Source: an uncultured Oscillospiraceae bacterium
GTDB taxonomy: Bacteria > Bacillota > Clostridia > Oscillospirales > Ruminococcaceae
Assembly: GCA_900547015.1 (NCBI GenBank)
Contig: URFD01000001.1
Location: forward strand, 1 to 62,783
Direction of reading: 5' to 3'
DNA: 62,783 bases
This document shows, piece by piece, positions 49,257 through 59,983 of the stretch; position 1 is the first letter of the stretch; every line of letters starts with the position of its first letter. Both the position numbers and the translations under genes were made by a program. Below the pieces are notes generated by a model. The model was given only the letters and a program-made list of their open reading frames with translations, was not told the origin of the DNA and did not search any database.

Positions 49257-51038
49257 ATGGCACTTGATGGCGCTCTGCTTCGTCAGATTAAACATGAGCT
49301 GGAAGGCTGTCTCATCGGCTCGCGGGTGGATAAAATCCACCAGTTTTCCCGCGAGGAGATGGTCTTCGTCCTGCGTCTGCGGGAGCCTGCGGCAGATGGT
49401 GCGCGCAGTGCAAAGCTCTACCTCTCGGCAGGTGCGGACAGCCCGCGCCTGCACCTGACCTCCTCTTCCTTTGAAAACCCCAAATCTCCCCCGATGTTCT
49501 GTATGCTGATGCGCAAGCATCTGGGCAGTGCAAAGCTCTTGGAGATTCGTCAGGTCGGCCTTGACCGCATCCTGCACCTCATCTTTGAAACCCGCAACGA
49601 AATGGGCGACCTCATCGAGCTGACCGTCGCCATCGAAATCATGGGCCGCCACTCCAACATCATCCTCATCGATGAGAACGGCAGGGTCATCGACTCGATC
49701 AAGCGCATCGACGACACCATGTCCTCGGTTCGTCCCATCCTGCCGGGCGTCCGCTATACCCTGCCTCCGGCTCAGGACAAGCTCGACCTGATTACCAGCA
49801 CCCCGGAGCAGATTGAACAGCGCCTCATCGAGGGCAAGGACACCCCTCTGTCCAAGGCGCTGCTGGCGGCGGTGCAGGGCGTCTCCCCCATCGTCTGCCG
49901 CGAGGTGGCAAACTATGTCTTTGTCGGGGACGACCGTGTCATCTCCCAAATGACCCCGGACCACTTTGACCGCCTGCGCTTCTTCCTGTCCCGGGTCATT
50001 CTCATGGCAAGGGACTACACCGGCACCCCCACCAGCGTCATCGACTCCCGCAAAAAGCCGATGGACTTTTCCTTCTTGGACATCCATCAGTACGGCGGCA
50101 GTATGTTCACCCGAACCTACGACAGCTACAGCCAGCTGCTCGACGACTTCTACACCCAGCGGGACAACATCCAGCGGATGCGCCACCGCAGCTCCGACCT
50201 GCTCAAGGTGCTTGCCAACACCGCCGACCGCATCGCCCGCAAGCTGAGCCTCCAGCAGAAGGAGCTGGCGGATTGCTCCGACCGCGAAACTTGGAAAATC
50301 TACGGGGACCTCATCAGCACCAACCTCTACTCCATCCAGAAGGGCGACCGCACCGCGCGGCTGATTAATTTCTATGACGAGGCGCAGAGCGAGGTTGTCA
50401 TCCCGTTAGACCCACGCAAGACCCCGGCGCAGAATGCCCAGAAATACTATGGCGAATACCGCAAGGCAGACACCGCCGAAAAGAAGCTGCGGGAGCTCAT
50501 CGAGGAAGGCCAGCAGGAGGCGGTCTATATCGACTCGGTCTTTGATGCGCTGACCCGCGCCCAGACCAACGACGAGCTGACCGCCATCCGCGCCGAGCTT
50601 GCCGAGCAGGGCTACCTGCGCAAGAAGGGCAGCGCCGCCAAGAAGGGCAAAGAGCCAAAGCTCGCCCCCAAGCGCTACCGCTCCGACGACGGCTTCACCA
50701 TTCTGGTCGGACGCAACAATGTCCAGAACGACCAGCTGACCCTGAAGGAGGCCCGCGGACGGGACTACTGGTTCCACACCAAGAATATCCCCGGCTCCCA
50801 CACCATCGTAGTCAGCGACGGGCAGGAGGTTCCGGACTCCACCCTCCATCAGGCTGCCATTCTAGCGGCAGTCAACTCCAAGGCGGCGGAGTCCTCGCAG
50901 GTTCCAGTGGACTACACCCTCATCAAAAATGTGAAAAAGCCGCGCGGCGCCAAGCCCGGCATGGTCATCTATGTCAGCTACCAGACCGCCTATGTCACCC
51001 CGGACCTCGAGCTGGAAAAGCGGCTGGCCATCGACTAG
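49257..51038 (+). CDS. rqcH: Ribosome quality control factor RqcH (NFACT/FbpA)
   Basis: MALDG, PPMFCMLMRKHL, EIMGRHSNIIL, VGRNNVQND, WFHTKNIPGSH, KKPRGAKPGMVIY. Confidence 0.93.
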   Translation: MALDGALLRQIKHELEGCLIGSRVDKIHQFSREEMVFVLRLREPAADGARSAKLYLSAGADSPRLHLTSSSFENPKSPPMFCMLMRKHLGSAKLLEIRQVGLDRILHLIFETRNEMGDLIELTVAIEIMGRHSNIILIDENGRVIDSIKRIDDTMSSVRPILPGVRYTLPPAQDKLDLITSTPEQIEQRLIEGKDTPLSKALLAAVQGVSPIVCREVANYVFVGDDRVISQMTPDHFDRLRFFLSRVILMARDYTGTPTSVIDSRKKPMDFSFLDIHQYGGSMFTRTYDSYSQLLDDFYTQRDNIQRMRHRSSDLLKVLANTADRIARKLSLQQKELADCSDRETWKIYGDLISTNLYSIQKGDRTARLINFYDEAQSEVVIPLDPRKTPAQNAQKYYGEYRKADTAEKKLRELIEEGQQEAVYIDSVFDALTRAQTNDELTAIRAELAEQGYLRKKGSAAKKGKEPKLAPKRYRSDDGFTILVGRNNVQNDQLTLKEARGRDYWFHTKNIPGSHTIVVSDGQEVPDSTLHQAAILAAVNSKAAESSQVPVDYTLIKNVKKPRGAKPGMVIYVSYQTAYVTPDLELEKRLAID

Positions 51039-51056
51039 GCAGAAGGAGGAGACAAC

Positions 51057-51938
51057 ATGGCAACACAACTGATTCTGCTCGGAACCGGCACCCCCAATGC
51101 CTGCCCGAATGCCAGCGGCCCTGCCAGCGCAGTGGTGGTGGACGGCAAGGCCTATCTGGTCGATTTCGGCCCCGGGGTGGTGCGACAGGCTGCCAAGGCC
51201 TATCATCAGGGCATCGATGCCCTGCGCCCCGACCTGCTGACCTGCGCCTTCTGCACCCACCTGCACACCGACCACACCGCCGGCTACCCCGACCTCATCT
51301 TCACCCCGTGGGTGTTGGAGCGTCAGGAGCCGCTGACCGTCTTTGGGCCCAAGGGGATTGCCGACATGACCCAGCATCTCCTCGCTGCCTATGCAGTGGA
51401 CATCGACTTTCGCCTGCATGGCTTCGAGCGCGCTAACCCGGTGGGCTATCAGGTGCAGGCGCACGAAATCCAGCCGGGGGTCATCTATCAGGATGAGCGG
51501 GTTTTGGTCGAAGCCTTTCGGGTCAGCCACGGAACGCTGGAAAGCTACGGCTACCGCTTCACCACCGCCGACGGCGTCATCGTCATCAGCGGCGATACCG
51601 CCCCGCTGGCTGTCACCGCACAAATGGCAAAGGGCTGCGACATCCTGCTGCACGAGGTGGAGTACACCGCCGGCATCGCCTGCCGGGAACCCAAGTGGCA
51701 GAAGTATCACCGCGAGGTACACACCCTCAGCTGCGACCTTGCCGCCATCGCCCAGCAGGCACATCCAAAGCTGCTGGTGACCTACCACCGCATCTACCAC
51801 ATGAATGTCCAGGACAACACCCGAGACCTCAACGAGGAGATGGCTTGGCGCTGTCAGGCCATCCTCGACGAAATCCGGGATGCCGGCTACGACGGCAAGG
51901 TGGTCAACGGACAGGACTTAGACTGCTTTTCCTTGTAG
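51057..51938 (+). CDS. MBL-fold metallo-hydrolase (RNase Z/arylsulfatase-like)
   Basis: LLGTGTP, VDFGPG, THLHTDHTAG, ISGDT. Confidence 0.85.
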   Translation: MATQLILLGTGTPNACPNASGPASAVVVDGKAYLVDFGPGVVRQAAKAYHQGIDALRPDLLTCAFCTHLHTDHTAGYPDLIFTPWVLERQEPLTVFGPKGIADMTQHLLAAYAVDIDFRLHGFERANPVGYQVQAHEIQPGVIYQDERVLVEAFRVSHGTLESYGYRFTTADGVIVISGDTAPLAVTAQMAKGCDILLHEVEYTAGIACREPKWQKYHREVHTLSCDLAAIAQQAHPKLLVTYHRIYHMNVQDNTRDLNEEMAWRCQAILDEIRDAGYDGKVVNGQDLDCFSL

Positions 51939-51976
51939 AAAAAGAGCCTGATGGATTTTTCCATCAGGCTCTTTTT
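51939..51976. terminator. Bidirectional terminator
   Basis: AAAAAGAGCCTGATGGA/TCCATCAGGCTCTTTTT. Confidence 0.85.
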
Positions 51977-52002
51977 GGGCTTGTCGTATTTTTTGTTCTT
52001 CC

Positions 52003-53361
52003 TTATTCGTCCGTGTCCGGAATCTGGGCGCATTTTTTGCGGTAGTAGAAGATAAACATCAGCGCAGTGAGCGTCCAGCTGATGGGGTAGCTGTAGATGA
52101 TGGTGTCGATGACCGGCTTGAGCGGCACGACGAACATCATCCAAAGGATTCGAAGCACGCAGACGCCTCCGCAGGTCATCAGCATCGGCACCAGCACATC
52201 GCCGGTTCCGCGCAGGGCGCCCGAATAAATCTCGATAAAGACATAGATGGCATACGCCGGAGCCATCATCGTAATCATGTGCATTCCAATCTCGACGACG
52301 GCAGCATCGGTGGTAAACAGCTGATAGACGTACCGGCCAAACAGGATGAAAATTGCACTGATGGAGATCGAAGCACCCACCGCCATCGCGATACAGATGC
52401 GAACGCTCTTTCTCATTCTGCCAAATTTTCTAGCGCCATAGTTCTGACCCACAAAGGTGGTGATGGAGATGCCAAAGGCATTGATTACCATCCAGAAGAA
52501 GGAGTCGATTTTGCCGCAGGCAGTCCATGCCGCCATGGTGTTGGTGCCGAAGGCATTCAGCGCGGTCTGGATGATGACATTAGAAAAGCTGTACATCACC
52601 GACTGCAAGCCGGCCGGCAGACCAATCTTAATCAGCAGCTCCAGCGCCTCCCGATGGAAACGGATTTTGCGGATTTCCAGCCGGAACAGGTCGGTCGAGC
52701 GGCACAGCGCCATGACGACCAGCACCGCACTGACCCCCTGTGCAAAGACGGTCGCGATGGCAGCGCCCGCAACGCCCATACCCAGACCGACGACCAGCAC
52801 AATGTCCAGCACGATGTTGATGATGCAGCAGACGATCAGGTAGTACAGCGGCCGTCTGGAATCGCCCACCGCACGCAGGATGCTCGAGCCAATGTTGTAG
52901 ATAAAGACAAACAGGATTCCGCCGAAGTAAATTCTCAGGTAGGTGGCGGACGGGCCGATGACCTCCTCGGTGGTGTTCATCACCCGCAGCAGTATCGGAG
53001 AACAGATTAGCCCCACCGTGGTGATGACCACACTGCCCACCAGCGAAAAGGCAAAGGCTGTGTGCAGCGCCTTGCTGAGGTTTTCCCGGTCGTGCGCGCC
53101 GTAATACTGCGAGATTACAACGGTTGCACCGGAGGACAGGCCAACAAAGAAGCCGACGATCAGGTTGATGATCTGGCTGGTGGAGCCGCCCACCGCCGCC
53201 AGAGCTTCGGTCCCGACAAAGCGTCCGACCACGATGGCATCCGCCGTATTGTAGATTTGCTGGAAAAAGGTACCCAGCACAATCGGGAAGAAGAACAGCA
53301 GCAGCTGCTTCCAAATCACCCCGTGGATGATTTGATTTTCTTTCGATTCGATTTCGTTCAT
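52003..53361 (-). CDS. MATE-family efflux transporter
   Basis: LRAVGDSRRPL, GVAGAAIAT, GQNYGA. Confidence 0.92.
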   Translation of the reverse strand: MNEIESKENQIIHGVIWKQLLLFFFPIVLGTFFQQIYNTADAIVVGRFVGTEALAAVGGSTSQIINLIVGFFVGLSSGATVVISQYYGAHDRENLSKALHTAFAFSLVGSVVITTVGLICSPILLRVMNTTEEVIGPSATYLRIYFGGILFVFIYNIGSSILRAVGDSRRPLYYLIVCCIINIVLDIVLVVGLGMGVAGAAIATVFAQGVSAVLVVMALCRSTDLFRLEIRKIRFHREALELLIKIGLPAGLQSVMYSFSNVIIQTALNAFGTNTMAAWTACGKIDSFFWMVINAFGISITTFVGQNYGARKFGRMRKSVRICIAMAVGASISISAIFILFGRYVYQLFTTDAAVVEIGMHMITMMAPAYAIYVFIEIYSGALRGTGDVLVPMLMTCGGVCVLRILWMMFVVPLKPVIDTIIYSYPISWTLTALMFIFYYRKKCAQIPDTDE

Positions 53362-53507
53362 ACGCACCCTCCTCTGAGCCGTTTTTGGATCTTGAAATCG
53401 TTCTCCTCCAATATATATCACAAACGGGAAAACTTGTCGATAGGTTTTTGAAAAATCATCGGACAAAGCAACAGACCCGAAGGTTTCTTCGGGTCTGTTC
53501 GAATCAT

Positions 53508-54902
53508 TTATTGCATCTGGGCATACAGGCGAAGCGCCATGCACTGCTCGAATGACTGATTTTTGCTCTTGCTGGTGAAGCTGCCGTTCTTTGCACTGCC
53601 GTTCTGGAAGGTGCGGAACTCCTCCATGCAGCACAGGGCATCGGTGAACAGCTTCTGCTCGCCGGTTTCCAGCGCAATCAGGGCTGTGAGGGCATACACA
53701 CCGGGCGTTTCGTCCCGATAGCGCTCCTGCACCTTGCCGTTTGCGCTGTACCGGGTTCCAAGCGTTCCGTTTTTGACCTTCTTTTTTAGCCACTGGATGG
53801 TCTGAGGCTTCACCCGACCCTGCTGTGCCAGATGGTAGACGGTCATCAGCGCCTCGGTCGTATCGATGGCATCCTTGCTGTAGGTGTTTTTCTGGGCATC
53901 ATACTGACCGTAGTACAGCGGGAAGTCCGCGCTGATATAGCCCTTGCGGACGATGGACAGTGCCTGCTCCGAAAGCTCGGGAGCGGCGGTTGCCAATGCC
54001 TTCAGGTTCAAATCGCTCAGGCTGACCTTGCCGGAAATGGTATTTCCCGGGAAATAGGTCTGGGAAATCTTCTCCTTGAGCTGGTTTGCCGCCTGCGCTC
54101 CGTCCGAGCTTGCAGACAGTGCCGCATACAGGCGCAGGTCATCCCCCAAATCTCCGGTGGAGCCGTTCTTCAGTACCCACTTGCTCTGCTGGGCAAGTAG
54201 CTTTTCGTTCCCTGCCAGCACCGCATACTCTGCCAGCAGGCTCTGGGCGCAGGAATCGATCTTGGAGGAGCCGGTTGCGGTCTTGACCGAGCCATCCGAA
54301 TTCAACAGATTTTCGCTCACATAGCGCAGGGTTGCGGCATCCCTTCCCTTGGCGGCGCAGTCCAGCATCGCCCGCAGATAGCTGGTTGAGCGGATGATGT
54401 ACGGGTCGCACATCACCACCCTGCCCTGTTCATCGAGCAGGACGGTCGTTGGAATCTGGGCGACGCCCAGCGACTGGAAGGCGGTCAGCTCGGTATCGTA
54501 CAGCACCGGCAGTCCCAGATTTTTCTTTTTGATAAAGGCTGAGCCGGTCTCCAGCGTTTCGCGCTTGCCGTCCACGCGGTCGATGAGGTACCACTTGGCT
54601 CCCTCATACTCCTTAAGCACCGGAATCAGCTTCGGCAGGAGGCTGAATTCTTCCTGACAGTCCGAGCACCAGCTTGCCCAGTAGGTCACCAGTGTGTATT
54701 TCCCCAGCTCGAGCTGCGCGGGGTTTCCGTCGGCGTCGTACAGATTTTTGACCGGCAGCTCAGCGCCAATCGACAGCTTGGTGGGAAGGCCGGTTTCGCG
54801 TCCGGCGGCATTAGCGGTCACTCCTGCCAGAATCGGCAGCAGAAGGGCAGCCAGACACAGGATGCTCAGCACCCGGCACAAGGTTTTTCTGCGTGAATTC
54901 AT
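53508..54902 (-). CDS. Secreted TlpA-like thioredoxin fused to a GH8/YdaJ-like helical domain
   Basis: Signal peptide; YWASWCSDC and IPTT cis-Pro; C-domain Q.LL.EYAV, DDLRL..AL, FPLY..YD, E.P.VYAL. Confidence 0.6.
   Translation of the reverse strand: MNSRRKTLCRVLSILCLAALLLPILAGVTANAAGRETGLPTKLSIGAELPVKNLYDADGNPAQLELGKYTLVTYWASWCSDCQEEFSLLPKLIPVLKEYEGAKWYLIDRVDGKRETLETGSAFIKKKNLGLPVLYDTELTAFQSLGVAQIPTTVLLDEQGRVVMCDPYIIRSTSYLRAMLDCAAKGRDAATLRYVSENLLNSDGSVKTATGSSKIDSCAQSLLAEYAVLAGNEKLLAQQSKWVLKNGSTGDLGDDLRLYAALSASSDGAQAANQLKEKISQTYFPGNTISGKVSLSDLNLKALATAAPELSEQALSIVRKGYISADFPLYYGQYDAQKNTYSKDAIDTTEALMTVYHLAQQGRVKPQTIQWLKKKVKNGTLGTRYSANGKVQERYRDETPGVYALTALIALETGEQKLFTDALCCMEEFRTFQNGSAKNGSFTSKSKNQSFEQCMALRLYAQMQ
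54041..54056. promoter_or_regulatory. Noc-binding site (full 16-bp palindrome), intragenic
   Basis: TATTTCCCGGGAAATA. Confidence 0.7.
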
Positions 54903-55089
54903 AAAGGTTCCTCCTCCGTTTTTGTGGGTTCCACAGGCTTTCTTTCTTTTAACTATAGCTTTTTGTCGGCCCTGCGTCAACCGCCTGCGGACGATTCGCC
55001 CTGTTTTTTGGTATCTTTTTGCATTTACACAGAAGAAAATTCCCCAAACCCTTGGAATTTCTTCCATCAGATCGGGGGATTCTATCTCT

Positions 55090-55578
55090 CTAATAGCCCA
55101 TCTGCTCCATCGAGGCGTCCTGATTGACCCAGCTTTCATAGACATCGATGATGCGGTAGGTGATCTTGGTATCCCGCACGACCACCTTTTCGATGCCTGC
55201 GTTGATGATCAGGCGCTTGCACATCGCGCAGGGATTGGCGTTGGCAACATAGCTGCCGTCCTTATATTCCAGCCCCACCAGATACAGGGTGCTGCCAATC
55301 ATCTCGGAGCGCGGTGCAGAGATGATGGCATTGGCCTCGGCATGGACCGAGCGGCACAGCTCGTAGCGTTCGCCGCGCGGCACGTTGAGCTTCTCCCGGG
55401 TGCAGTAGCCAAGGTCGCAGCAGTTCTGTCTGCCTCTGGGCGCACCGACATAGCCGGTGGAAATAATCTCGTCGTTTTTAACGATAATCGCCCCAAAATT
55501 TCGGCGCAGGCAGGTTCCCCTTGCTGCCACCGTCTGGGCAATATCCAGATAATAGTTCATTTTATCAACACGTTTCAT
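55090..55578 (-). CDS. dCMP deaminase-family protein
   Basis: [22 protein letters not shown]. Confidence 0.9.
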   Translation of the reverse strand: MKRVDKMNYYLDIAQTVAARGTCLRRNFGAIIVKNDEIISTGYVGAPRGRQNCCDLGYCTREKLNVPRGERYELCRSVHAEANAIISAPRSEMIGSTLYLVGLEYKDGSYVANANPCAMCKRLIINAGIEKVVVRDTKITYRIIDVYESWVNQDASMEQMGY

Positions 55579-55836
55579 CCTGTTTCTACCTCCCTAGTTC
55601 GGCTGTCGGCAAGATTTCCCCTAACAAGACAGCTGCCCTGTGCCGACCTGCCTACAGTAAGTTTATCGGATTCTCCCGGCTTGTTCAAGTTCTTTTCTAA
55701 ATTTTATAATTTGTTCATCCCGCATGGCGCCCTCGGCCAACGCAGATGCTTTCCTTTTCTGCCGTTTCGGGGTATAATAGGGGTATCCTCCCCACCGCTC
55801 GATGTGGGGAAAACTGACCAAAGAAAGGGTGTTTTT

Positions 55837-56544
55837 ATGTCCAATGTTCCAACCCCTCACAATAACGCACAGTACGGAGAGATTGCCAAGACAGTCCTGA
55901 TGCCCGGTGACCCACTGCGCGCCAAGCTGCTGGCAGAGACTTACCTGAGCGATGCGGTATGCTACAACGAGGTTCGCGGTATGCTCGGCTACACCGGACA
56001 GTATCAGGGCAAGCCGGTCTCGGTGCAGGGAAGCGGCATGGGAGTGCCCTCGATGGGCATCTATTCCCACGAGTTGTTCCATTTTTACGGAGTGGACACC
56101 ATCATCCGCATCGGCTCTGCCGGAGCCGTTGACCCTTCGCTGAAAATCGGCGACATCGTCATCGCCACCTCCTCCTGCTCGACCTCGAACTATGCCGCCC
56201 AATACCACCTGCCGGGCAACTTTGCTCCGACCGCTGACTTCGAGCTGGCACGGCGCGCCGCACAGTTCTGCGAGCAGAAGGGAATCCGCTATCAGGCGGG
56301 AAGCGTGCTCTGCTCGGACTGGTTCTATGACGAATCCGGAGGTCTGCCCGAATGGCAGAAGATGGGCGTGCTTGCCGTCGAGATGGAGTCCGCCGCCCTG
56401 TACACCGAGGCTGCCCGTGCCGGAAAGAAGGCGCTGTGCCTGATGACCATCTCCGACAACCCCTTCACCGGCGAGGCCGTTTCCGCTCAGGTACGTCAGA
56501 ATGCCTTCACCCAGATGATGGAGGTTGCCCTTTCCCTGATTTAG
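55837..56544 (+). CDS. deoD: Purine-nucleoside phosphorylase (DeoD type)
   Basis: [34 protein letters not shown]; start 55837 rather than the long track ORF. Confidence 0.94.
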   Translation: MSNVPTPHNNAQYGEIAKTVLMPGDPLRAKLLAETYLSDAVCYNEVRGMLGYTGQYQGKPVSVQGSGMGVPSMGIYSHELFHFYGVDTIIRIGSAGAVDPSLKIGDIVIATSSCSTSNYAAQYHLPGNFAPTADFELARRAAQFCEQKGIRYQAGSVLCSDWFYDESGGLPEWQKMGVLAVEMESAALYTEAARAGKKALCLMTISDNPFTGEAVSAQVRQNAFTQMMEVALSLI

Positions 56545-56554
56545 AAAAACAAGC

Positions 56555-56596
56555 ATTTCCCGGGAAATATTGCCTTATCCTGATTTCCCGGGAAAT
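56555..56596. promoter_or_regulatory. Tandem pair of Noc-binding sites in the deoD-deoB spacer
   Basis: Exact copies at 56555-56568 and 56583-56596. Confidence 0.78.
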
Positions 56597-56619
56597 ATTC
56601 TGCAAAGGAGAGCGTTGCT

Positions 56620-57783
56620 ATGAAGCGTGTGTTTATCATCGTTCTGGACAGCTTTGGCATCGGGGAACTGCCGGATGCCGCCGCTTACGGGGACAGCGGG
56701 AGCAATACTCTGGCTGCCTGTCATGCTACCGGTGAGCTTCACCTGCCCAATCTGCAAAAGCTGGGACTGTTCAACATCGACGGTGTCCGCGTCGGAGCGC
56801 CTTGCCAACAGCCTGCGGGCGCTTTTGGGCGGATGGCGGAGCGGTCTGCCGGAAAGGACACCACCACCGGTCACTGGGAGCTGATGGGGCTGGTCTCCGA
56901 AAAGCCGATGCCGACCTATCCCGACGGATTTCCGCCCGAGGTGCTACAGGAGCTGTCCCGCCGCACCGGCAGAGGAATCCTGTGCAACCGCCCCTATTCG
57001 GGCACGCAGGTCATTCAGGACTATGGCCGCCAGCATCTGGAAACCGGGGATTTGATCGTCTACACCTCGGCGGACAGTGTTTTGCAGATTGCGGCGCACG
57101 AGGAAAAAGTGCCGCTGGAGGAGCTGTACCGCGATTGTATCATTGCCCGGGAAATTATGCAGGGCGACCATGCCGTCGGCAGGATTATCGCACGGCCCTT
57201 TGTGGGGGAAGGCCCCTTTGTCCGCACCGCCAACCGCCGCGATTTTTCGTTGGTTCCGAAGCAGGACACCCTGCTCGACCTGCTCCAAGCGCAGGGACTG
57301 GACACCATCGGGGTGGGCAAGATTTCGGATATTTTCGCCGGAAAGGGCATCTCTCAAAAGGTGCTGACCCACTCCAACGAGGAAGGAATGCAGGAAACCA
57401 GTCGGCTGTGCAACACCGATTTTGCCGGACTTTGCTTTGTCAATCTGGTAGAATTTGATATGCTGTACGGCCACCGCAACGACGCGGTCGGCTATGCCCA
57501 TGCGCTCAACCGCTTTGACCAGTGGTTGGAGGGATTCCTGCCGCAGCTGCGTCCGGAGGACCTGCTGATCATCACCGCCGACCACGGCTGTGACCCATCC
57601 ACCCCATCCACCGACCACAGTCGGGAATATGTTCCGGTTCTGTGCGCCGGTGCATCGGTACAGCCCGGCTCCAACCTGCACACCCGCAGTTCCTTTGGCG
57701 ACCTTGCCGCCACCGTTGCGGAGTATCTGGAAATCGTATTTCCCGGGAAATTTTCTTCCTTTTGGAATCAAATCGCCCGATAA
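56620..57783 (+). CDS. deoB: Phosphopentomutase
   Basis: VLDSFGIG, GKDTTTGHWE, YTSADSV, FD..YGHRND, TADHGCDP, DHSRE. Confidence 0.95.
   Translation: MKRVFIIVLDSFGIGELPDAAAYGDSGSNTLAACHATGELHLPNLQKLGLFNIDGVRVGAPCQQPAGAFGRMAERSAGKDTTTGHWELMGLVSEKPMPTYPDGFPPEVLQELSRRTGRGILCNRPYSGTQVIQDYGRQHLETGDLIVYTSADSVLQIAAHEEKVPLEELYRDCIIAREIMQGDHAVGRIIARPFVGEGPFVRTANRRDFSLVPKQDTLLDLLQAQGLDTIGVGKISDIFAGKGISQKVLTHSNEEGMQETSRLCNTDFAGLCFVNLVEFDMLYGHRNDAVGYAHALNRFDQWLEGFLPQLRPEDLLIITADHGCDPSTPSTDHSREYVPVLCAGASVQPGSNLHTRSSFGDLAATVAEYLEIVFPGKFSSFWNQIAR
57738..57751. promoter_or_regulatory. Noc-binding site within the deoB 3' end
   Basis: Exact ATTTCCCGGGAAAT. Confidence 0.7.
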
Positions 57784-57816
57784 GGGCAGAGCATCAACAC
57801 CGGAGGAGGTGAGCCT

Positions 57817-58233
57817 ATGTATGAAAAACGGCTGATCGAGCTGGCGCTGGATGCCAGAGAAAAATCCTACTGCCCCTATTCGGGCTTTGCGGTCGGGGCG
57901 GCTCTGCTGTGTCAGGACGGAACCATCTACACTGGCTGCAACATCGAGTCCTCCGCCTATACCCCCACCATCTGCGCGGAGCGCACCGCGCTCTTCAAGG
58001 CGGTTTCGGAGGGCAAGCGGGACTTTATCTGCATGGCGGTTGCCGGAGGGCACCAGAGCGCGGATGTGCTGCCCATCACCACCCCCTGCGGCGTCTGCCG
58101 TCAGGTCATGATGGAATTCTGCAATCCGCAGACTTTTCTGGTTTTCTGCGCGTCCAGCCCGGACAATTACAAGGCATACACATTAGCACAGCTGCTGCCA
58201 AAGGGCTTTGGCCCTATGAATCTGGGCGTTTAA
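57817..58233 (+). CDS. cdd: Cytidine deaminase
   Basis: YCPYSGFAVGAA, GCNIE, CAERTA, PCGVCRQ. Confidence 0.94.
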   Translation: MYEKRLIELALDAREKSYCPYSGFAVGAALLCQDGTIYTGCNIESSAYTPTICAERTALFKAVSEGKRDFICMAVAGGHQSADVLPITTPCGVCRQVMMEFCNPQTFLVFCASSPDNYKAYTLAQLLPKGFGPMNLGV

Positions 58234-58264
58234 GCCCAATCTATCATCACAGGAGGTTTTTCCC

Positions 58265-58450
58265 ATGACAAACTATGAGTACAAATTCGTTGAGGTTCCG
58301 GCTCAGGAGGCTGGAAAGGAGGATGCTTCCCCGTTCAAAATCTGCGCGCAGATCATCACTGCCGAATCCAAGGCTGGATGGAGACTCAAACAGATTGTAA
58401 CCGCACCGGAGGTCAGCTATCTGGTCATTCTGGAAAAGGAAGCAAACTAG
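58265..58450 (+). CDS. Small DUF4177-like protein
   Basis: YEYKFV..GWRL.QI..ILEKE; RBS GGAGG. Confidence 0.65.
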   Translation: MTNYEYKFVEVPAQEAGKEDASPFKICAQIITAESKAGWRLKQIVTAPEVSYLVILEKEAN

Positions 58451-58475
58451 GCCTCGGAGCGGTATGCTCCAAGAT

Positions 58476-58504
58476 ATTTCCCGGGAAAATATTCCCCGGG
58501 AAAT
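58476..58504. promoter_or_regulatory. Pair of 1-mismatch Noc-binding sites upstream of rsmA
   Basis: ATTTCCCGGGAAAA and ATTCCCCGGGAAAT, nearly back-to-back. Confidence 0.65.
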
Positions 58505-58606
58505 ATTTTCCTGTTCGGGCAGGCTGTGCTCTGGCGGCATCAGGAAAAGTGTGATATAATACCTGCATGACTTTGCAGAGAAATGCAATCCCGAAAGGAG
58601 TTTCTG

Positions 58607-59470
58607 ATGGACAATCTTTCCAATATTTCCGTCATTCGGGACGTGCTGTCCCGCCACGGATTTTCGTTTTCCAAAGGGCTGGGTCAGAACTTTCTGATTA
58701 ACCCGACCGTTTGCCCGCGCATGGCAGAGATGGGCAACGCACAACCCGGCTGGGGCATGATTGAAATCGGCGCCGGAGTCGGGGTGCTGACTGCCGAGCT
58801 GGCAGAGCGCGCCGACAAGGTGGTCTGCATCGAAATCGACAGCCGCCTGCTGCCCATTCTGGACGAGACGCTGGCGGAGTACGATAACATTAAAATCGTC
58901 AACGAGGACGTGCTGAAGGTGGATCTGCATCGGCTGATTGCGGAGGAATTCCCCGAAATGCCGGTGGCAGTCTGCGCCAACCTGCCGTACTACATCACCT
59001 CGCCCATCATCATGAGCCTGCTGGAAAGCCGATTGCCTATCGAGTCCCTGACGGTCATGGTGCAGAAGGAGGCCGCCCAGCGCATCTGCGCCCAGCCCGG
59101 CAGCCGTGAGGTGGGTGCGGTATCGATTGCCGTCCGCTATTACTGCGAACCGACCGTGCTGTTTCAGGTTTCCCGCGGCTCCTTCATGCCAGCCCCAGAT
59201 GTGGATTCCACCGTCATCCGGCTGGACATCCGCAAAGAGCCGCTGGTCGAGGTCCGGGACGAAGCCAGTTTCTTCCGGGTGGTGCGGGCCGCGTTCAGCC
59301 AGCGCCGCAAGACCCTCTCCAACACCCTCTCCTCCGGTTTGGGATTCCCCAAGGCGCAGGTGAACGCTCTGCTGGAGCGTGCCGGGGTGAGCGCGAGCCT
59401 GCGTGCCGAGCAGCTTTCCATGCAGCAGTTTGCCGATATTGCAAACGCTCTGACAGAAGAATCAAGATAA
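58607..59470 (+). CDS. rsmA: 16S rRNA m6,2A methyltransferase RsmA/KsgA
   Basis: KGLGQNFL, EIGAGVG, ANLPYYITSPI, MVQKE, FSQRRKTL. Confidence 0.96.
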   Translation: MDNLSNISVIRDVLSRHGFSFSKGLGQNFLINPTVCPRMAEMGNAQPGWGMIEIGAGVGVLTAELAERADKVVCIEIDSRLLPILDETLAEYDNIKIVNEDVLKVDLHRLIAEEFPEMPVAVCANLPYYITSPIIMSLLESRLPIESLTVMVQKEAAQRICAQPGSREVGAVSIAVRYYCEPTVLFQVSRGSFMPAPDVDSTVIRLDIRKEPLVEVRDEASFFRVVRAAFSQRRKTLSNTLSSGLGFPKAQVNALLERAGVSASLRAEQLSMQQFADIANALTEESR

Positions 59471-59506
59471 GAAAGCGGGACAGGAGCAAAGCTCCTGTCC
59501 CGTTTG

Positions 59507-59947
59507 TCATCGATTGAAAATGGCATCCAGCCTCTGCTCCCAATCCTCCGAGCAGATTTTAAGATGGTGTCCATCGAACTGATTGGTAACCGAGAGCCAC
59601 TCTCCCCCAATCAGATGGAGGGAAAGGGGCAGCTCCTGCTCGGAAAACTGAATCTGAATCTCGTACATCTTCTGGTCGGAAAATCGGACAAAGCCGGCAG
59701 GACTGCGGCGAAAGCGCGTGTCCACCAAGAGCTGCTGAAGCTGCTGTTTCTGGCTCTCATCGAGCGTGCAGACGGTGCGGTCATCATATTGATGGAGCTG
59801 ATAGCACTCCACCGTTACCCGGTCTGCCTGTGCAATCCGCAGGACACCGACAATCTCTACACCACCCACCGAGAAAAACTCCAGCAGACCCGCCAGACCA
59901 ATCAACAGGAGCAGGACTGCTATCCCATTTTGGATGCGGTACTTCAT
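59507..59947 (-). CDS. Hypothetical membrane-anchored protein
   Basis: RBS GGAG, N-terminal hydrophobic helix, follows the ferredoxin gene. Confidence 0.55.
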   Translation of the reverse strand: MKYRIQNGIAVLLLLIGLAGLLEFFSVGGVEIVGVLRIAQADRVTVECYQLHQYDDRTVCTLDESQKQQLQQLLVDTRFRRSPAGFVRFSDQKMYEIQIQFSEQELPLSLHLIGGEWLSVTNQFDGHHLKICSEDWEQRLDAIFNR

Positions 59948-59983
59948 GCAGATTTCTCCGCTCAGTATAACTGTTTCTTACGA

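Noticed and set aside
54694..56544. 616-aa DeoD fusion
   Set aside because: The upstream part is antisense to real genes. The true start is 55837, with its own RBS.
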